DNA of 57,519 bases. Origin: Nemertoderma westbladi (Eukaryota > Animalia > Xenacoelomorpha). The notes below the pieces were generated by a model. That model was not told the DNA's origin and searched no databases. It saw only the letters and a program-made list of their open reading frames with translations. Both the position numbers and the translations under genes were made by a program. Of this stretch, positions 1 through 33,204 are shown in pieces (the first letter of the stretch is position 1; each line of letters starts with the position of its first letter). The stretch is taken from contig JAUCBJ010003968.1 of the NCBI GenBank assembly GCA_032718475.1, positions 1 to 57,519 of the forward strand. The letters run 5' to 3'.

Positions 1-1111
1 TAATGATTGGATTATTATTTTATAATTATTACCTAATTAGATATTTATTAATAATTACTGTATATATGGCAATGTGTGTGGAGGCCTAAGTAATAAACCC
101 CAAGTTAATGCATGCAACCTTGTCCAGCGGATTTTTCGACCTCATAAACCCTTGTCCCCAAATCATTGACTAGGTATATTGACTAGTCATGAACTGTTAT
201 GGTTTGTAAACCAAAACAATTAAGTAAATTACAACTAAAATCAATACTGTAAGCGCGATCTCATGCAAAAAATCTATGCGCTAAAATTTAATAGATATTA
301 TTAAATTTCCTATCAGTGGAATTACATAATTTTGTTCTTACATTGTAATTTTTTCGCTCATATATTCCCAAAAATCGGGAGAAAACAATTATCGTTTTCC
401 TTTGGGAAAAAATTAACCCATATGATTGCAATGATTTTATTTGACCAGTCATTGGTTCTGATTGCGGTTCCCTTCTGCCTGATTAAGTGCCATACTCGTG
501 CAACCGAACCAGGTACGGGGATCCATCTCCTGTACCAGGTGAGTTGATTCAAGGTGATGTAAATGTTTATATAGGCCTAATTTTATTCTAGAACACTTTT
601 AATTAAACTCTGCAGAAGAATATCCGATGTACCGATGTGAAAATTTTACTTGAATTTTTATTGGAAAGATGAGAAAAAAAATTGTTCATCGATATAAATT
701 ATCACCTAAAATGTTATATTGCAAGTTCTGTAAGTGCCAATGACTTCTCTCAAACTCCTGCTCAGGGACTATGGACTTCCCTATATTCTAGGAAGATCTG
801 GGAATGTGTATGGCTGGCTGACCATGAGATCTGGGGGAGATATCTTAGTTGTTACTGGGTCCGCCGGCACTGCACCGAGGAGATAATATTTTAAAATAAA
901 TAAAAATAGATTACTAAGTTCTACTAGTACATTGAAAGCCATAGTAGTGCAGTTGTACATATACAGTACATATATTTAGCGTCAGGTGGAAAAGGAAATC
1001 AGAAGTTGATAGTGGTATATTGTCGGGGATTGTGGTATATAACGTTTGCCGTTAATTAGATATGTTAAATTATACATACCGGTTTAATGTACAGTATAAA
1101 TGACTTTTTAG

Positions 1112-19912
<18,801 letters not shown>

Positions 19913-20149
19913 TTGATTTGTAGCAGAGGCTATTGTATCTACAGTAAACGAACTTGTATTTCTGGTTTTATCGTATAATTAATAATAATAATATTGTTCA
20001 AAGGCGCAGATAGTATACAATACATGGATACAAAATACAGTATCAGTATGTTTAAAATATATACTCTTAAAAAAAAGTTTAAAATGAACATTTTGTTCAA
20101 AATATAAATAGAATAAGTTTAAAATATATACACAGCATGTTGAAAACAG

Positions 20150-20560
20150 CTCATCTAATTAAGGTGATCGTACTCCAGTTTAAAGTAGTAGGTTTTCAGG
20201 TACGACTTGAACACATTTACGGATATGGAGTACCGAATTTCGATTGGAAACGAGTTCGATATAGTGGGAGCAGCAAAAGAGAACGCTCTTTTTCCGTACG
20301 TAAGTCTGGAGATTGTATTGAGGTACGGGTGAGAAGATAATTATTGAAGAATCGAAGATCCCTCAGAGGATTGTACTTTATGTAAAAGGTCACAAAGATA
20401 GCCAGGACCTGTTCCATTTAGACATTTAAGTATGTATACATACATTAGGCCTACAGTATATACATACATGAATATTATACATACGTGATTGGCTACGTGA
20501 TTGGCGTTCGGCTGATAAATAATCAAAAGCCACATATTGTATCATCTGTTGCGGTGATAG
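20150..20560 (-). mobile_element. L2/CR1-like LINE 3' remnant
   Basis: Minus-strand KCLNGTGPGYLCDLL and FKSYLKTYYFK, typical L2/CR1 ORF2 C-terminus. Confidence 0.55.
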
Positions 20561-22588
20561 GGAAATTTGAGTGAGAAGCGAGCCAACAGGTGATTAACGA
20601 TGATAATAATAATGATTGTGGTACAATTAATGGAAAATATGTAGTTCGCATTGGGTATACATCGTACCGGTATGTTATATTACTCATGAAATGGTTATAC
20701 GATTATTATAGTGAGTATTCCATCAACCGGCCTTTATTTTTGTCAGACTGCTAGTTTCCTACCATCACTTATTAAGATCGATAAAAGATCTTCACATTGT
20801 TCATGTGTTTTAACCCCGACTGGACGTAACCATTGGAGACCCAGATTTAGTAACTGGGGGCGCCTGCCCCAGATACTCTTCTACTCAGACAATCAACGCG
20901 GATAATAAGGTCCTTCTACATCACTCGGTAAGATGCCCCAAAGATATTAAATATAAATTAGAAAAGTTTTAAACTGAAACAAAGATCTAAACAGATACTA
21001 CGCGTAGCATTGTATAACCAACTGTGTGTTAAAAACTACGCGTTTACACACCCTATTTACCATATCCCGTAATAGAATATACATTTTTAGCTAGTCGGGG
21101 CACACCCCCCCCCCCCCCCCCCCCATATTTTTCAAATATCAATCAAATGCAACGAAATTTGGTATGGTGATAGGTCGACAACTTTTCATACTGCATTATT
21201 ATTGCTATTTAGAAATATTTAATTATTGGCTTTATTTTTCGTCTTTTAAATGTATTCTAGATGGTGTGCAAACCGCTGTTAACTGCATGCAGATTCCGAA
21301 TCTGAAAACGGTTATAAATTTTACCAAAAATTCTCAAAGATATTATCAAAATACTAATGTGTAAATTTTTTGAGTTGTAAATCGCTATAATTCTAATGTC
21401 TTTTTGTCTTTATTCTAGAATATTAATTATTGTTGAGTTGAACCTTTAAATCCCTCCATCTTGTTTCTTCACATTATAGTGATAGTGATATAGTTGGTAT
21501 AGATTAATTCGCCTTAGGGTCCAGTTCCCCCCCCCCCCCCCCCCCCGTCTCTACGTTTTATAACGACTTCTTATTCACATTATCATATTGAGATGTCTGG
21601 CTCGCTTTTTAGGGTACCGTAAAATTCAGAACTTATATTTGATTTTAGATGGCCGTTTAGTGTTTTGGTTAGATTTAGTGGCCAAAGCGACATGAAGTAT
21701 GAACTGAAACTACAGTAGGTGGTTCTTTTTGTTGGTGACGGTTTTATTTTACAATTTCTGCATTTATCAATTAGGGAGGTCTGGCTCACTGAACGGTACA
21801 GTCACATTCAGAACTTAATTCCGTTTTTAATGGTTGTTTAGTGTTTTGGTTATAGATTGAGCAAACCTTCCTAAGCCAATGGAATGTTCCAGAACGACAC
21901 TGTATTCCAGGACATGGCAGCATGGTGATGGTGTATGTACTGCAAGGAGTTGTACACCTTGATGTACTGTGACGTCATGCACAGCTATCAGCTGTTGTAG
22001 CCCTACCTACCGATACCGGTACTGCAACTGCAACAGAACAGACTGTCCACAGCGACCACAGGCAGTGAGTGGAGAACAAGACAGTAGCAGCAGGAGAGAG
22101 ATCAAAGAAAATAAGCCTAATGCCAAATAGATGACGGTTTTAGTATTTTGGCTTTCCAGATTTTTGGATCACGACGACTGGACGAGCAGATCAGAGGTTC
22201 AGAGCCACATAACATAATTATGACTTAAAGGCTGAAAGGTAAGGGTTCAATTACATGTATTGTATTACTGCTTTTACCTGTTTATGGATTAGCCCCTTAT
22301 CAGCCTACTGCATGGTTTACAAGTTTATGCTTGATCTTCTGGTAACCTGACCAAAATAATCTGCTAATCTGCCTAATCTGCTAATTGAATGCTGGACCTG
22401 TAATCTGGTAATGTGTATTTCATTTGCCATAGGGCCTACACTGATCAGCTGATACAGCCATAAGTACAGAAGTATTACCTGCAGACCGGTCTGCCGGTAC
22501 TGGTGCTGTACCGGTAGTAGATACGGTCAACGGTAGGCCTACTAGCTGCTGAGCTGACTACACAGAGTACCGGCAGTGGGCAGTCGGG

Positions 22589-22967
22589 CTGTCGGGGAGA
22601 AGTTCAAATTTCAACTGAGTTGAAATTTAAAACATTTTTTTAAAATTCAACTTTTAAGTTGTAAATTCAACTCTAAAATGGCAAGAGGCGCAGAAGGCCC
22701 CCAGCCCCAAGACGTGACAGAAGGGGTGTTTTCATTGTTTTTATGGATGTACGGTAACTCGAAAAATTAACCCTCATTACCGATGGAATAAAAAGCCATT
22801 TTTCAGATTCCATATTTCAGTATTTCAAAAGCTGCTCCAAAAGTTGAATTTAAAAAAAAAGTTGAATTTTAAACTCTACTCCAAAAGTTGAATTTTAATA
22901 AAAAGTTGAATTTTAAAAAATAAAGTTGAAATTTCAACTCAGTTGAAAATATAACTTCTCCCCGACT
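22589..22967. mobile_element. MITE family B (copy 1, internally deleted)
   Basis: TIR c(a/t)gtcggggagaagtt..tttcaactgagt; paralog of 41556-42103. Confidence 0.85.
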
Positions 22968-25900
22968 GACCGGTAGCTGATACTGCAGTACTGTGCCTGT
23001 GCAGCTGTGATAGGCCTACGGTACCGGTACTAGATCTGTAGATAGTATGCACATGCCTGTATCGCTGCATGCCCTACCAGCCGATCTAGCGATCCCAACT
23101 GCAAGACTTCAAAACTACCTAACAAACTATAATTATTTATGCGAATCGAATACCGCACTGCATTGACAGACAGACTGACAGAAGTACCCCCCTACGGCCC
23201 TACTGCCAGACTGCCCTACCTGACTACCTTCCCTTTGAGATCAGTAAATGACTGTTTGACTATTCAGTTCATTGTTTGACAGTTTGAGTTACCGGTAATT
23301 GTGTGTTAGTGTTGGGGAGTTCTGGAGTTTGTAAACAAGTTTGATATTAGCAATTTGTTATTTAAGTATATAATGGGTGACACCAACCAGCCAACACCTC
23401 TGTCAGTTCGTAGCCTTGGTCAGGGGCGTGCGGCGTGGTATCAGTCAGTGGTGGAAGCCGCGCAGTAAATATATTGTAACGACCCTGCCTATTACTGTAT
23501 TAATAGGCCAGGGTAGTTCTTGTCAAGAGCTGAGCCGTTCAAAAGCACGATATGGTTGGTTATATGTGTGTGGTGTGTATGTATAACCTTCCAATATCTG
23601 AAAAACTCAAACAGGTACAGAGGTACACAAAAATTTTAAAAGCAAACTCTACATGAATTTTGGTTGCGCAGAAGACTATATTTTTTGTGGCGTTTCGACC
23701 ACGGGTTCACTGAAAAATTAAAAATTAAAGTCTAATTTCACCGATTTCAACTCGTCTAGTATGCACTAACTTTTTCTTTCGGCTATTCAGTCATTTGAGC
23801 AACATATTTGAGCCTCAGATTATTTTCAAATATCGCCAATCTCGCACAGAATGTTGCCAAAATTTGTTAGTCCGGCTAAAAAACGCACTAATTCGTCTAA
23901 AAGAGTGAATTATTGGTTGCAGAATAATATGATTCAACTAGAAAAGCCTGAAAGCTGGCTATAAAAAGACCTTCCATATAGACATTATTATTAACCTATA
24001 ATACATTTGTGCGGCCCAGTGCTTAAAATTCAATCAGCTAGCTTCCCACCAACATAGCAGAGCAGTGAGTAACCCTATAGATATTCCCCTAGGATTCACT
24101 GGGAAGAGCTATTCAGCTGGCGGTGTAATACATCGTACAAACTAACAGTTGATGTTTGATTACTGTCTGGGATAAAGTGAGAGAGTAATAAATTTAGCAA
24201 GCAATATACTTCTCTGCAGTTTGGGCCTTTCCATTCAATCAATAGTAGATGCCCCCTTGCCCTCATGAGCTGAGCACCAGTGTACTGGTTTGAGGAGCAG
24301 GTTCGTTTAAAGCCAGCCTGCTGGCTTTCTAGTATGTTGCATCCGAATAACAGATAACTTTTTTCCTCGCCAAACATTATTTCATCTTCATGTCAAGACT
24401 ATCTGAGGTAACCTCTTTATTTTACCGTCATCATAAAAACACCACCATTTCAAAAGAGTTTAATGCGACAGAGCAATAAAAGAAAGAATTAATGTGAAAG
24501 GTTTTTATTTTTAATAATCTTTATTTTTTTCTCTACAGACTTCGTTTACTTCATGGATAGCCCCAAAACAAAACAAAAATAAATATTTTGATTAGCCACG
24601 TTCGCTCTTTAGTTTCGGTTTTATCTTCACAATTTTCAGATCAATGTTCTCTTAATCTCAATCTATCACCTTTACAATACAGTTAATATATAAAATTGCA
24701 CTTCTGGTTGTGCCCCTCCTCCACTCTTTTCATATCGTTCAACTGGGCGTGTTTAACCATCCCCAAGACAGACCCTCCATCCCATTCCGCTACTCAGTAA
24801 TCCACCCAACCATCTAATGTCCGAAGCAAACGAAATAGATATCTGCAGCTTCTGTATTATTAAGGAGGTCAATTAATTTGGTCAGTTTTCCGGTAAAGAA
24901 TTCCAATCTAAAGGACCGTTCCAGAGTAGTATTCCGTGCAAATATTAATAATAAGGGAAGTAGGTGTTATGAAGTTGTTTTAGTATTCGATTAGATAAAG
25001 TCCCGTGTCTACCTGTCTCTGTGCGATAAATGACAATAAATATTTTAGATCTATATGTTATGTACCGGTATATATCCAATTCAGAACCAATAACACAGCC
25101 CAATAAATATTCTTCCACTAGGGTAATAAAGGCTATATGTTTGCTTTTACCATATACAATCTATAACTACATGAAACATACGTAGCATTTAATATGGATG
25201 AGGGCTGCTAAATGTAGTAGGTGTTGGTATTTTGAAGGTGGTGGTGTCATTATACACACACATAGAATATTAATAAATTCATTACCGTGTGTACCATTTG
25301 CGGTAAGGTGTACTTTATGTACTCTACTGTACTTGTTGTATATACATAACATATATTACATATTATATTTTATATTTTCGATTCCAGGAACACAATGTAT
25401 GTTTCTATAACAACCGGTAACTGCTAATAACACATTTTGTTAAGTTGAAATTGTCGAGCGCCATCGTTTTCAAAGTACAACAAGGATCAAACAGCAGTGG
25501 ATTATTGATACCATCTACTAACTGACAACTGACACTACTTACTATTATACTAGGTAAGTTACATAATGTTACGGTTAAAAACCTAATAGGTAAATAACCA
25601 AATCGGTTTAGCTACTCTACTACTGTTTCTTAACCTTTTTTATAGCCTAATTTATTGCCGATTATGTCGCGAAGCTGCCGCCGTCAATTGTCATGCCCTA
25701 CGAGCTTAGCATACGTGTACCACTAGGGATGCGACAGAGCTTCGGCTCCGGAAATCCGGAGCTCCGGGCCAATTTTCTAGTTCCGGCTCCGGGCAAATTA
25801 ACCCGGAGCCAATCCGGAACTTATGTTGTTGAAATTCGAATTAAAATAATAAGTTGTTCTGATGTACGAATAATGTAAATATCATAGCAATTAACATAAT

Positions 25901-26596
25901 AACTCATTAAGTAATTTACAGCTTGTTTTTTTAAAGTCCCTCCCCCTAAGATAACCTCCCACCCCCTTTGTGAAATTGTTTAAATGTTTGACCAAAAACA
26001 TTGAAATGATTCAGTTAATTCAATTAATATTCTTCCCTAATTAAAAAATCTTAAATACACCTACTATCGTTTCGTTCGTCAGTCTAATTCCACTACCCCC
26101 CCCCCCCCCCCCCCCCCTCAGTTTAAATACTTATAATTCTAGAACTATTTTATATACTATATGTTTATTAAATTTATGTAATACTAATTTTAATTGCCAT
26201 ACAATATTTGTGTTCGGAGATTTATAATTCAGTTCCTCATTCAATATTGTAAATAGAGCCCGAGGACCCTCTAAACTGTTGTGATATATCCAAATTACTA
26301 AATATTATTTTAGATATCCGGTTTATTGCCCGCCTACGTACGTAAGGTAGGTGGTATATGGTATATACATGCTTTATCGTTTATCAATGAAAATATACTG
26401 AAAAGGAAAACTGCACCAAATCCTGGAAATGAATTACACAATGTCCTAGAATAATAGTGTCGATAATAAGTTGACAACAAACTGAACTTACTGATCGTCT
26501 AGTCGTAAGAAATAAATGTAACAGAGTTTGCGTAATGAGTGTGAACTGAAAAGTCTAAAACATTACAGTATATTTTAGCCCAATGAACACCAGATA

Positions 26597-28773
26597 TAGT
26601 CGAGTAGAAAACTGGCTGGGGGTGGAAATTTGGTACAGCTGGGATTTTTTTTACAGTTTTTATTCAATTCGAGGGTGCTGATTCCGAATCCGGTTGATGC
26701 CAAGCGTGAAAAGTTGAGCATTTTGTTCTAGAAGCATTTATATTCTAGAATAAGATTTATTGCTTTGGTTGATGTAATATGAATTATCAGACAACTATCA
26801 GCCTTCCTACATGATGGAAGTATATTACATGTTCTAGACTGTTCTAGAACTGTTCTGGAATAATTATATTTGGAAAAATATGTCATAACAACTAAAGAAG
26901 AATCCCTTCTTAAAATTTAAAGTGATCTCAGCAAGGTTTGTAGACAATTTATGGTGGGGAGGGGGGGTGGGGGGAATTATGACTCATCAATTTCAGCAGT
27001 AACGAGTTTTTAGTGATTGTAAACATTAACCTTGTTTCTATTATATTTTGGGGATAGGGTGTAACCTGTAACCTCTATCTTTGATAGGGGAGGGTGTGGG
27101 AGGTGTGGTTAACTAAATTAAGATACTTCAGTCCAGTACATTTTGTATATGTACACGACCGTACGTACATAAACAAAAAATATTTGCAATTTTCTGAGGC
27201 CCATCTATTTAAATTTAAATTAAACTTGAATATTTTTTAACTTAATGAAACATGCAAAGCCGTGAGTTATATGAAAGTTACGAATATAAGAAAATAATTG
27301 CGAAATAAAAATTTATTCTCTGAGTTCTAGATGTTGTTTTTGAGAAATATTGTTTGTTGTATCAGTTCACCTCATCACCATCACTGATATTGGTTCAGTA
27401 TCGAAGCTTACATGATTTGAATGAGGATTCTGACAAACTTCCTGAACCATGCGGTGGCAAAACATGGAACAGGAAATGGAATTATAACTTGTTCTAATGC
27501 CAATACGCTTACGCTATAAATACATTACTAATGTTCTAGAATTCCAAATTCAATAGAAACTGGACTGCTGTTTAATTTTTTCGAAAATCACAACAAACTT
27601 GTTTGTATGTGACTGAATGGCAGAATATTGTGTCTTAATTCACATCACCACCCCTCGCACCCTAATTAGGGCGCTTGGTGCATACGACCCCATTAATTTA
27701 ATGAGGATTCTGACAAACTTCCTGAACCATGCGGTGGCAAAACATGGAACAGGAAATGGAATTATAACTTGTTCTAATGCCAATACGCTTACGCTATAAA
27801 TACATTACTAATGTTCTAGAATTCCAAATTCAAGAGAAACTGGACTGCTGTTTAATTTTTTCGAAAATCACAACAAACTTGTTTGTATGTGACTGAATGA
27901 CAGAATATTGTGTCTTAATTCACATCACCACCCCTCGCACCCTAATTAGGGCGCTTGGTGCATACGACCCCATTAATTTTGAAGAAGGAATTGTTCTGCC
28001 TCCCGTCTTGAAGAAGGGTGAGTCAGAATTTAATTGTTATTACTATCATTTTAAACTTCTTTATAAAGCGTTTGAAAAAGTGTCCCCCCCCCCCCCCCCC
28101 CCCATCGGAATTGCATCAATCAGACCATAGTTATAGCGAGCTTGTTCTTACTTAATAAAGATAGAAAGGCGACTTCAATTGGATTATAAAAATATAAAAT
28201 GTAACACGTTGGTTGAGGAATTGCTTATATAATATTGGCGTACTAAATTAGCGTTTTTGTAACTGCCCCATAAATGTTTGATTGCCAAAGATTTTAAAAT
28301 ATTAATTTTCCAGAACACAATTCTAGAACACCGCTCGCTAACATGTGACATACACCATCATTTACGTAGGTAGACCGATAATTTTTCCTAATATTACTAT
28401 TGATTCGTCTGCATGCAACTAATAATGAAATTGGCGTTGCTATGGTTAGATGGTTTAACATGATAACAAGTTCAGGTTTCATACGCTGTCCACGTTTGTC
28501 CGTTGGTTCGTTTGTCCAGATTGTCATATGATGTATTTTAATTATCAATTATATTAATATAAATCAATTTATATCAACCAAAACAATGGTATCCCATCAC
28601 AAGTCTTATTCTAGAATATAAATGCTTCTAGAACAAAATGCTCAACTTTTCACGCTTGGCAACAACCGGATTCGGAATCAGCACCCTCGAATTCACTAAA
28701 AACTGTAAAAAAATCTCAGCTGTACCAAATTTCCACGTCCTCTTAATGTTTTAGGCTAGTGTCTACTCGACTA
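26597..28773. mobile_element. Non-autonomous DNA transposon with about 165-bp TIRs, Academ-like
   Basis: TAGTCGAGTAGA...TCTACTCGACTA; arms 26597-26757 and 28600-28773; 3-bp ATA on both sides; superfamily is inferred from termini and TSD length. Confidence 0.75.
27420..27979. repeat. 280-bp direct tandem duplication
   Basis: 27420-27699 is almost identical to 27700-27979. Confidence 0.95.
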
Positions 28774-31515
28774 ATAGGACGCAATCAATATGCATCCTTC
28801 TCCAGGGGATAATCGACGCAAATAACTACTGATTACTCCCAAATATAAAATTGTAACCTGTTCTATTGAATATAGTTTATTGTTTTGATTAGAATAGAAT
28901 AGCATGCGACTGCAAACACTGCTCATTTCCCTTAACTGATAATTGAGTAAGAATTTGCATCAAACCCCCCCCCCCCCCCCCCCCCGTTTCATGAACGCAT
29001 ATCTGTCTATGTCTTCTATAATAATACACTTGAATTATCAATCACCAAACCTCCGGCTCCGCCTCCGGCCGGAGCTCATATTGTAACCCGGAGAAACCTC
29101 CGTGCTCCGGCTCCGGATGAAATTTTTAGCTCTGTCGCATCCCTATGTACCATTAACTCAATCGGTGTGTCTGTAGATCTGTCGTTTTGTAGATCCGTGT
29201 TTTTAAAAGTTAATAACTTGTTAATAACTCGTTAATAACTTGGTACTCATCTTGTTTGGCAAAAGTTTAGAAATTTTTCTGCCTGTCCTTTAATGGAAAT
29301 TAATTATTTTCGACTAACATTTAAATAATTATACTTATTATTATACATCTGTATGTAATCCCCATACCCAATCCCATTATAGTTTTTAAGTAGTTCAAGA
29401 GATTTTTATTTAAGAAATGTGTTTTAATTGATCTAAACGTGATAGTCTCTCCACGCTATACTTCCAGCCCCTCATTCCATCCATACTACGACAAGTCGAC
29501 TTTAGGGTATCCATTTAGAATACAAACAAATTGGTTTAGAACTATAAATTATATTTTTGTGAATTTCTTAAATTTTTTTGAAATAATTTCTATTTTATTT
29601 TTATTGAAAGAGCATCGAAGTAGAAAATATTTGCAAGTAATTTGAGCAAAATCCATTCACTCACTCAAAAGTTATTGCAACTTTAGTGTCTGAACGTGTC
29701 TGCAAGGCGAACTCCAAAACGGAACTCAATATCCAATATTGGTTTATGTAATTAAGCGGCTCTTTAAGGACTATTTACACGTGGCAACTTTTAGAGCAAC
29801 CCAGGATGCCGATCAAGTTGCTCCGTGTAAACACGTAAAAAAGTTGCTGTACAAGTTGCTCAACTTTTACGGCAACTTGAAGGAATTTCCGTTGGCGAAT
29901 TAAAGCGGGATAATCAAATTCAATTATCAAAAAGTAGCTAGTAGATAAAAGACCCACTATTTTACAGTCAAACTACCCAAGTTGCTCAAAAAATTTTGTT
30001 ACAATATATCGCTCTATCTTACATTTAAGAATTACGCAACAAAAAGTACCAATTAAGAATAAAGTTACGTATTACATCTACATGGGAAAACAGGGGGAAA
30101 CTTCTTCACAGGGGGGTAACTGCAAAGTGAAATATAACGGTAGAAAGTCTGGTATTCTTCACATGGGCCTTTATAGCTTCTTATTTAGCGGCAATTACGT
30201 CTCAAATGCATCCAAATCGTTGTTTTCTGTAATAATCATCGGATCGTGTCATGTTAAAGTTAAATAAACGAATTTCCTTTCAACAATAATTTAAATATGG
30301 TGGAAAGTTTCCAATGAAACTATTTCCAACCACAGTGGACCTTCTGCAACCACAAATGCAATAGATTTCCTTGGAAACATTAACAATAAATATATGATTG
30401 TACGTGGAAATTCATACAAAAAAATATGTTCTAGATAATAGATGAGTAAAATGTTCTAGAACATTGTGTATTTATTAAATAGCCTGCAGCAAGTCACGCA
30501 GCACTTCACTGAATTGCGACACTATATTCCAGGACGTACTATATTCTTTCCGGCATGGACTCCAAAACATTTTTTTATCTCATAATTAGCTGGGCAACAA
30601 TGCAATGCCTATTTCCTATAAACCAATTACACCATATCTCGGAATATAGTGTCGTTATTCAGGCACCTGCCCTGCCCAGTGCCCCGAAATTTGAAACATA
30701 GTTAGTTGGACCTCCCTCCTCCTTACTGGGTGAACCAGAATTTTAATTTTCACTTTCAATCTTTAGCTATAAGTGTTTGAAAAACGTGTATGTGTCTCCG
30801 TCGATATTGCATCAGTTATTCTTCAACCTTAGTGTTTTTATTTGTACCGGTACAGTTAGAGAAAGCTGGCCATGCAAGAATTCGAAGTATGTAAACAGAA
30901 TCTGAATTTCGTCATAAAACTAGACTTTGACTTTTCCGCGAAGGTGTAGCCTACGCGTAACCTATGCGATGGAATGCAGTTTCGCCTATAAATAGGTAAC
31001 CAATGAATTATTTGAACTGGAGATTACCTTTCATAAAAGACTTTTCTGAATATGGACTACTTAACTACGATAGTAAAGTTAAGAAACTATGCCTTAAACA
31101 TGTGCAAAAGGTAAGTGCCACAATTTATAAAACAAAAATTCAACAGATTGCGTAATATTCACTGTTACAGCACCAGAGCTAGTGCTTCAAACTTTTACCT
31201 CACAAATTGCGAATTGTAAATCTTTCGAAACTGATACTTTATTTTTTAACGGAATTAAAAATTGGAACGCTCTGCCTATGAAATGAAATACCTAGGCGGA
31301 CGGTAGGAATTTGTTCCAAAAATTCCGGTAACCAAGGTAGTGTTGTGTGTTTTGTGTGAAAATGTCCCGCTCCCCCCAACTCAATGTAGATATGTTTCCA
31401 TTATAATTAATGTAGGCCCTACTTTATTACGTACGTTATATAACATCCGCCATTATATGCATAATGTAGGGCTATATAGTAAGATAAGCTTATATTTAAT
31501 CTTAATCCTACTTTA

Positions 31516-31777
31516 AATCTGTTCAAAAATAGGCCAAAAATAGGCAATATTAATTAATGCAATCTGCAAACTGATTTAAATTAAGGTAAGATTACAGTAT
31601 GTTATATGTCACTTTATATGTCACACAGAAAATATTATATTAAACTTTAATATAATATTTTCTGTGTGACATATAAAGTGACATATAACATACTGTAATC
31701 TCATCTTTAAATCAGTTTGCAGATTGCATTAATTAATATTTCCTATTTTTTTATTTGGCCTATTTTTGATCAGATTA
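31516..31777. repeat. Near-perfect palindrome with about 125-bp arms
   Basis: ...tatgtcacacagaaaatattatattaaa-c-tttaatataatattttctgtgtgacata..., centre near 31645. Confidence 0.9.
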
Positions 31778-33204
31778 TTATTAAATAACGACCGCCACCG
31801 TGGCAACTAATGAACAGCATTTCTATCAGTTTTAAGTAGAAGGCCTAATTATTGTGTTCAATTAATCTGCGTCCTAGTCCTGGTCCTGTATGCTGCACAT
31901 GAGGGTTGTTCATGAAGCCGGAATTTTTTATTTTGCCTTTAAATTTTTCATAGGCTTTTAAAAAAGTGTCTTTTGCGAAATCGTGGCCATTCTCACATTA
32001 GTTGTAATTTTTTCATATCATTAGAAAGCTTGCGTTGCATGGATTCCAAATATGTAACAATATTTAGATTTCGTTGCGAAACAGCTGAGATATACAGTAA
32101 GTATATGCGTATGAGGCGCCGTTCAAGACAAAAGGTTAATAAAAATATTGAGATTACAAAAAAAATATTGAGATTACAAAAAAGGTATTAAGATTTTTTC
32201 GGCCGAAATATGTCATTTTCGGTCGAAAAATTGCCATTTACTGCCGAATTTTTTCGGCCAAAATTTGCCATTTATGGCCGAGTAGTCGTAGTAGATAATA
32301 GCGTATAATAATAAGCCTTATCATATTTCATAATACTAGAGACGGGGCTGCCGGGTATGGATTGGGATTAGGGCATAGTAGAGTGACTTGTGACCTGCCG
32401 CGTCTGCTTATAAATTTGTGCTGCTGGTAGGGGTACCAGCACTGCACTGGAGTAAAGGAAATGCCATCGGTTCCAGTCTGCAAGTTCCAGAAAATAAGTT
32501 GTTGTGGGGGGTGCGGTGGATGCCTGTTTTTTACCGCTCTATCGCTCGCCCTTTCGCTCATTCACTTGTTTGCCCCATTTCATTTAATTGCTAATAATTA
32601 CTTATTTCTACTGATATTTGTGTCCACCTATACTTGAAGTAAATGTTTCATTAATTTCCCATACCCTAATTTTATGATTATTTTATTATTAGTGCTTTTA
32701 TTGTCCACGATTTCATTATCATAACTGCAAAATAGTGATTCAATGCGAGCGCGTTAATTAATAAACTCAATTTTTGCAACCCAAACCTCCCTAGAGTGTC
32801 CCAATAATAGACAAGAGATGTATAATAACTGAAAGAGGTGTCGGACGGGGTAGTTATACAGAATTGGAGGACAAAGTCCTACATGATCAACGTATTGAAC
32901 GCTTATAGAGTGAAGTAAATAAGGTTGTTTTGTTAGTAAACAATACAAAGCTATCATCTTTCAACGTCTGCAATATGATGGAGTTCTTGATTGTAATTAC
33001 TAGAAGCATTTATATGCTCTCCACTGCACATACAAACCTCGAATCGAGAAGTTTCTACGGGAATTCATTGGGTCTTTCAATAACCACGGCCTAAGCACTG
33101 AAACAACTGAACACCCATTCAGCTATGGACAGACAGCATACAGTACTTACACATAGGGACAATGAAACTGAATTATCGCTTGACACATTTCAGTACTATG
33201 AATA

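Larger units (their letters stand above)
25724..29145. mobile_element. Non-autonomous hAT-like element with nested insertions
   Basis: TIR TAGGGATGCGACAGAGCT / AGCTCTGTCGCATCCCTA; subterminal ccgga(g)c repeats; 8-bp TSD tgtaccac / tgtaccat. Confidence 0.82.

Noticed and set aside
332-894. Upstream short ORFs as the signal-peptide exon of the EGF-channel gene
   Set aside because: No ATG-initiated hydrophobic signal with a convincing phase-1 donor was found.
21105-21546. Long poly-C/poly-G tracts (also 9441, 26096, 28085, 28964, 56666) as regulatory G-quadruplexes
   Set aside because: Several lie inside repeats where other copies have short runs; homopolymer length is error-prone and there is no independent support.
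29703-29766. About 60-bp sequence repeated at 54263-54325 as a conserved regulatory element
   Set aside because: More simply a transposon end fragment; no functional evidence.
30760-31290. Possible host coding remnant (also 24800-25150, minus strand)
   Set aside because: Only WNALP / WNSLP-type LINE C-terminal traces; too decayed to annotate confidently.
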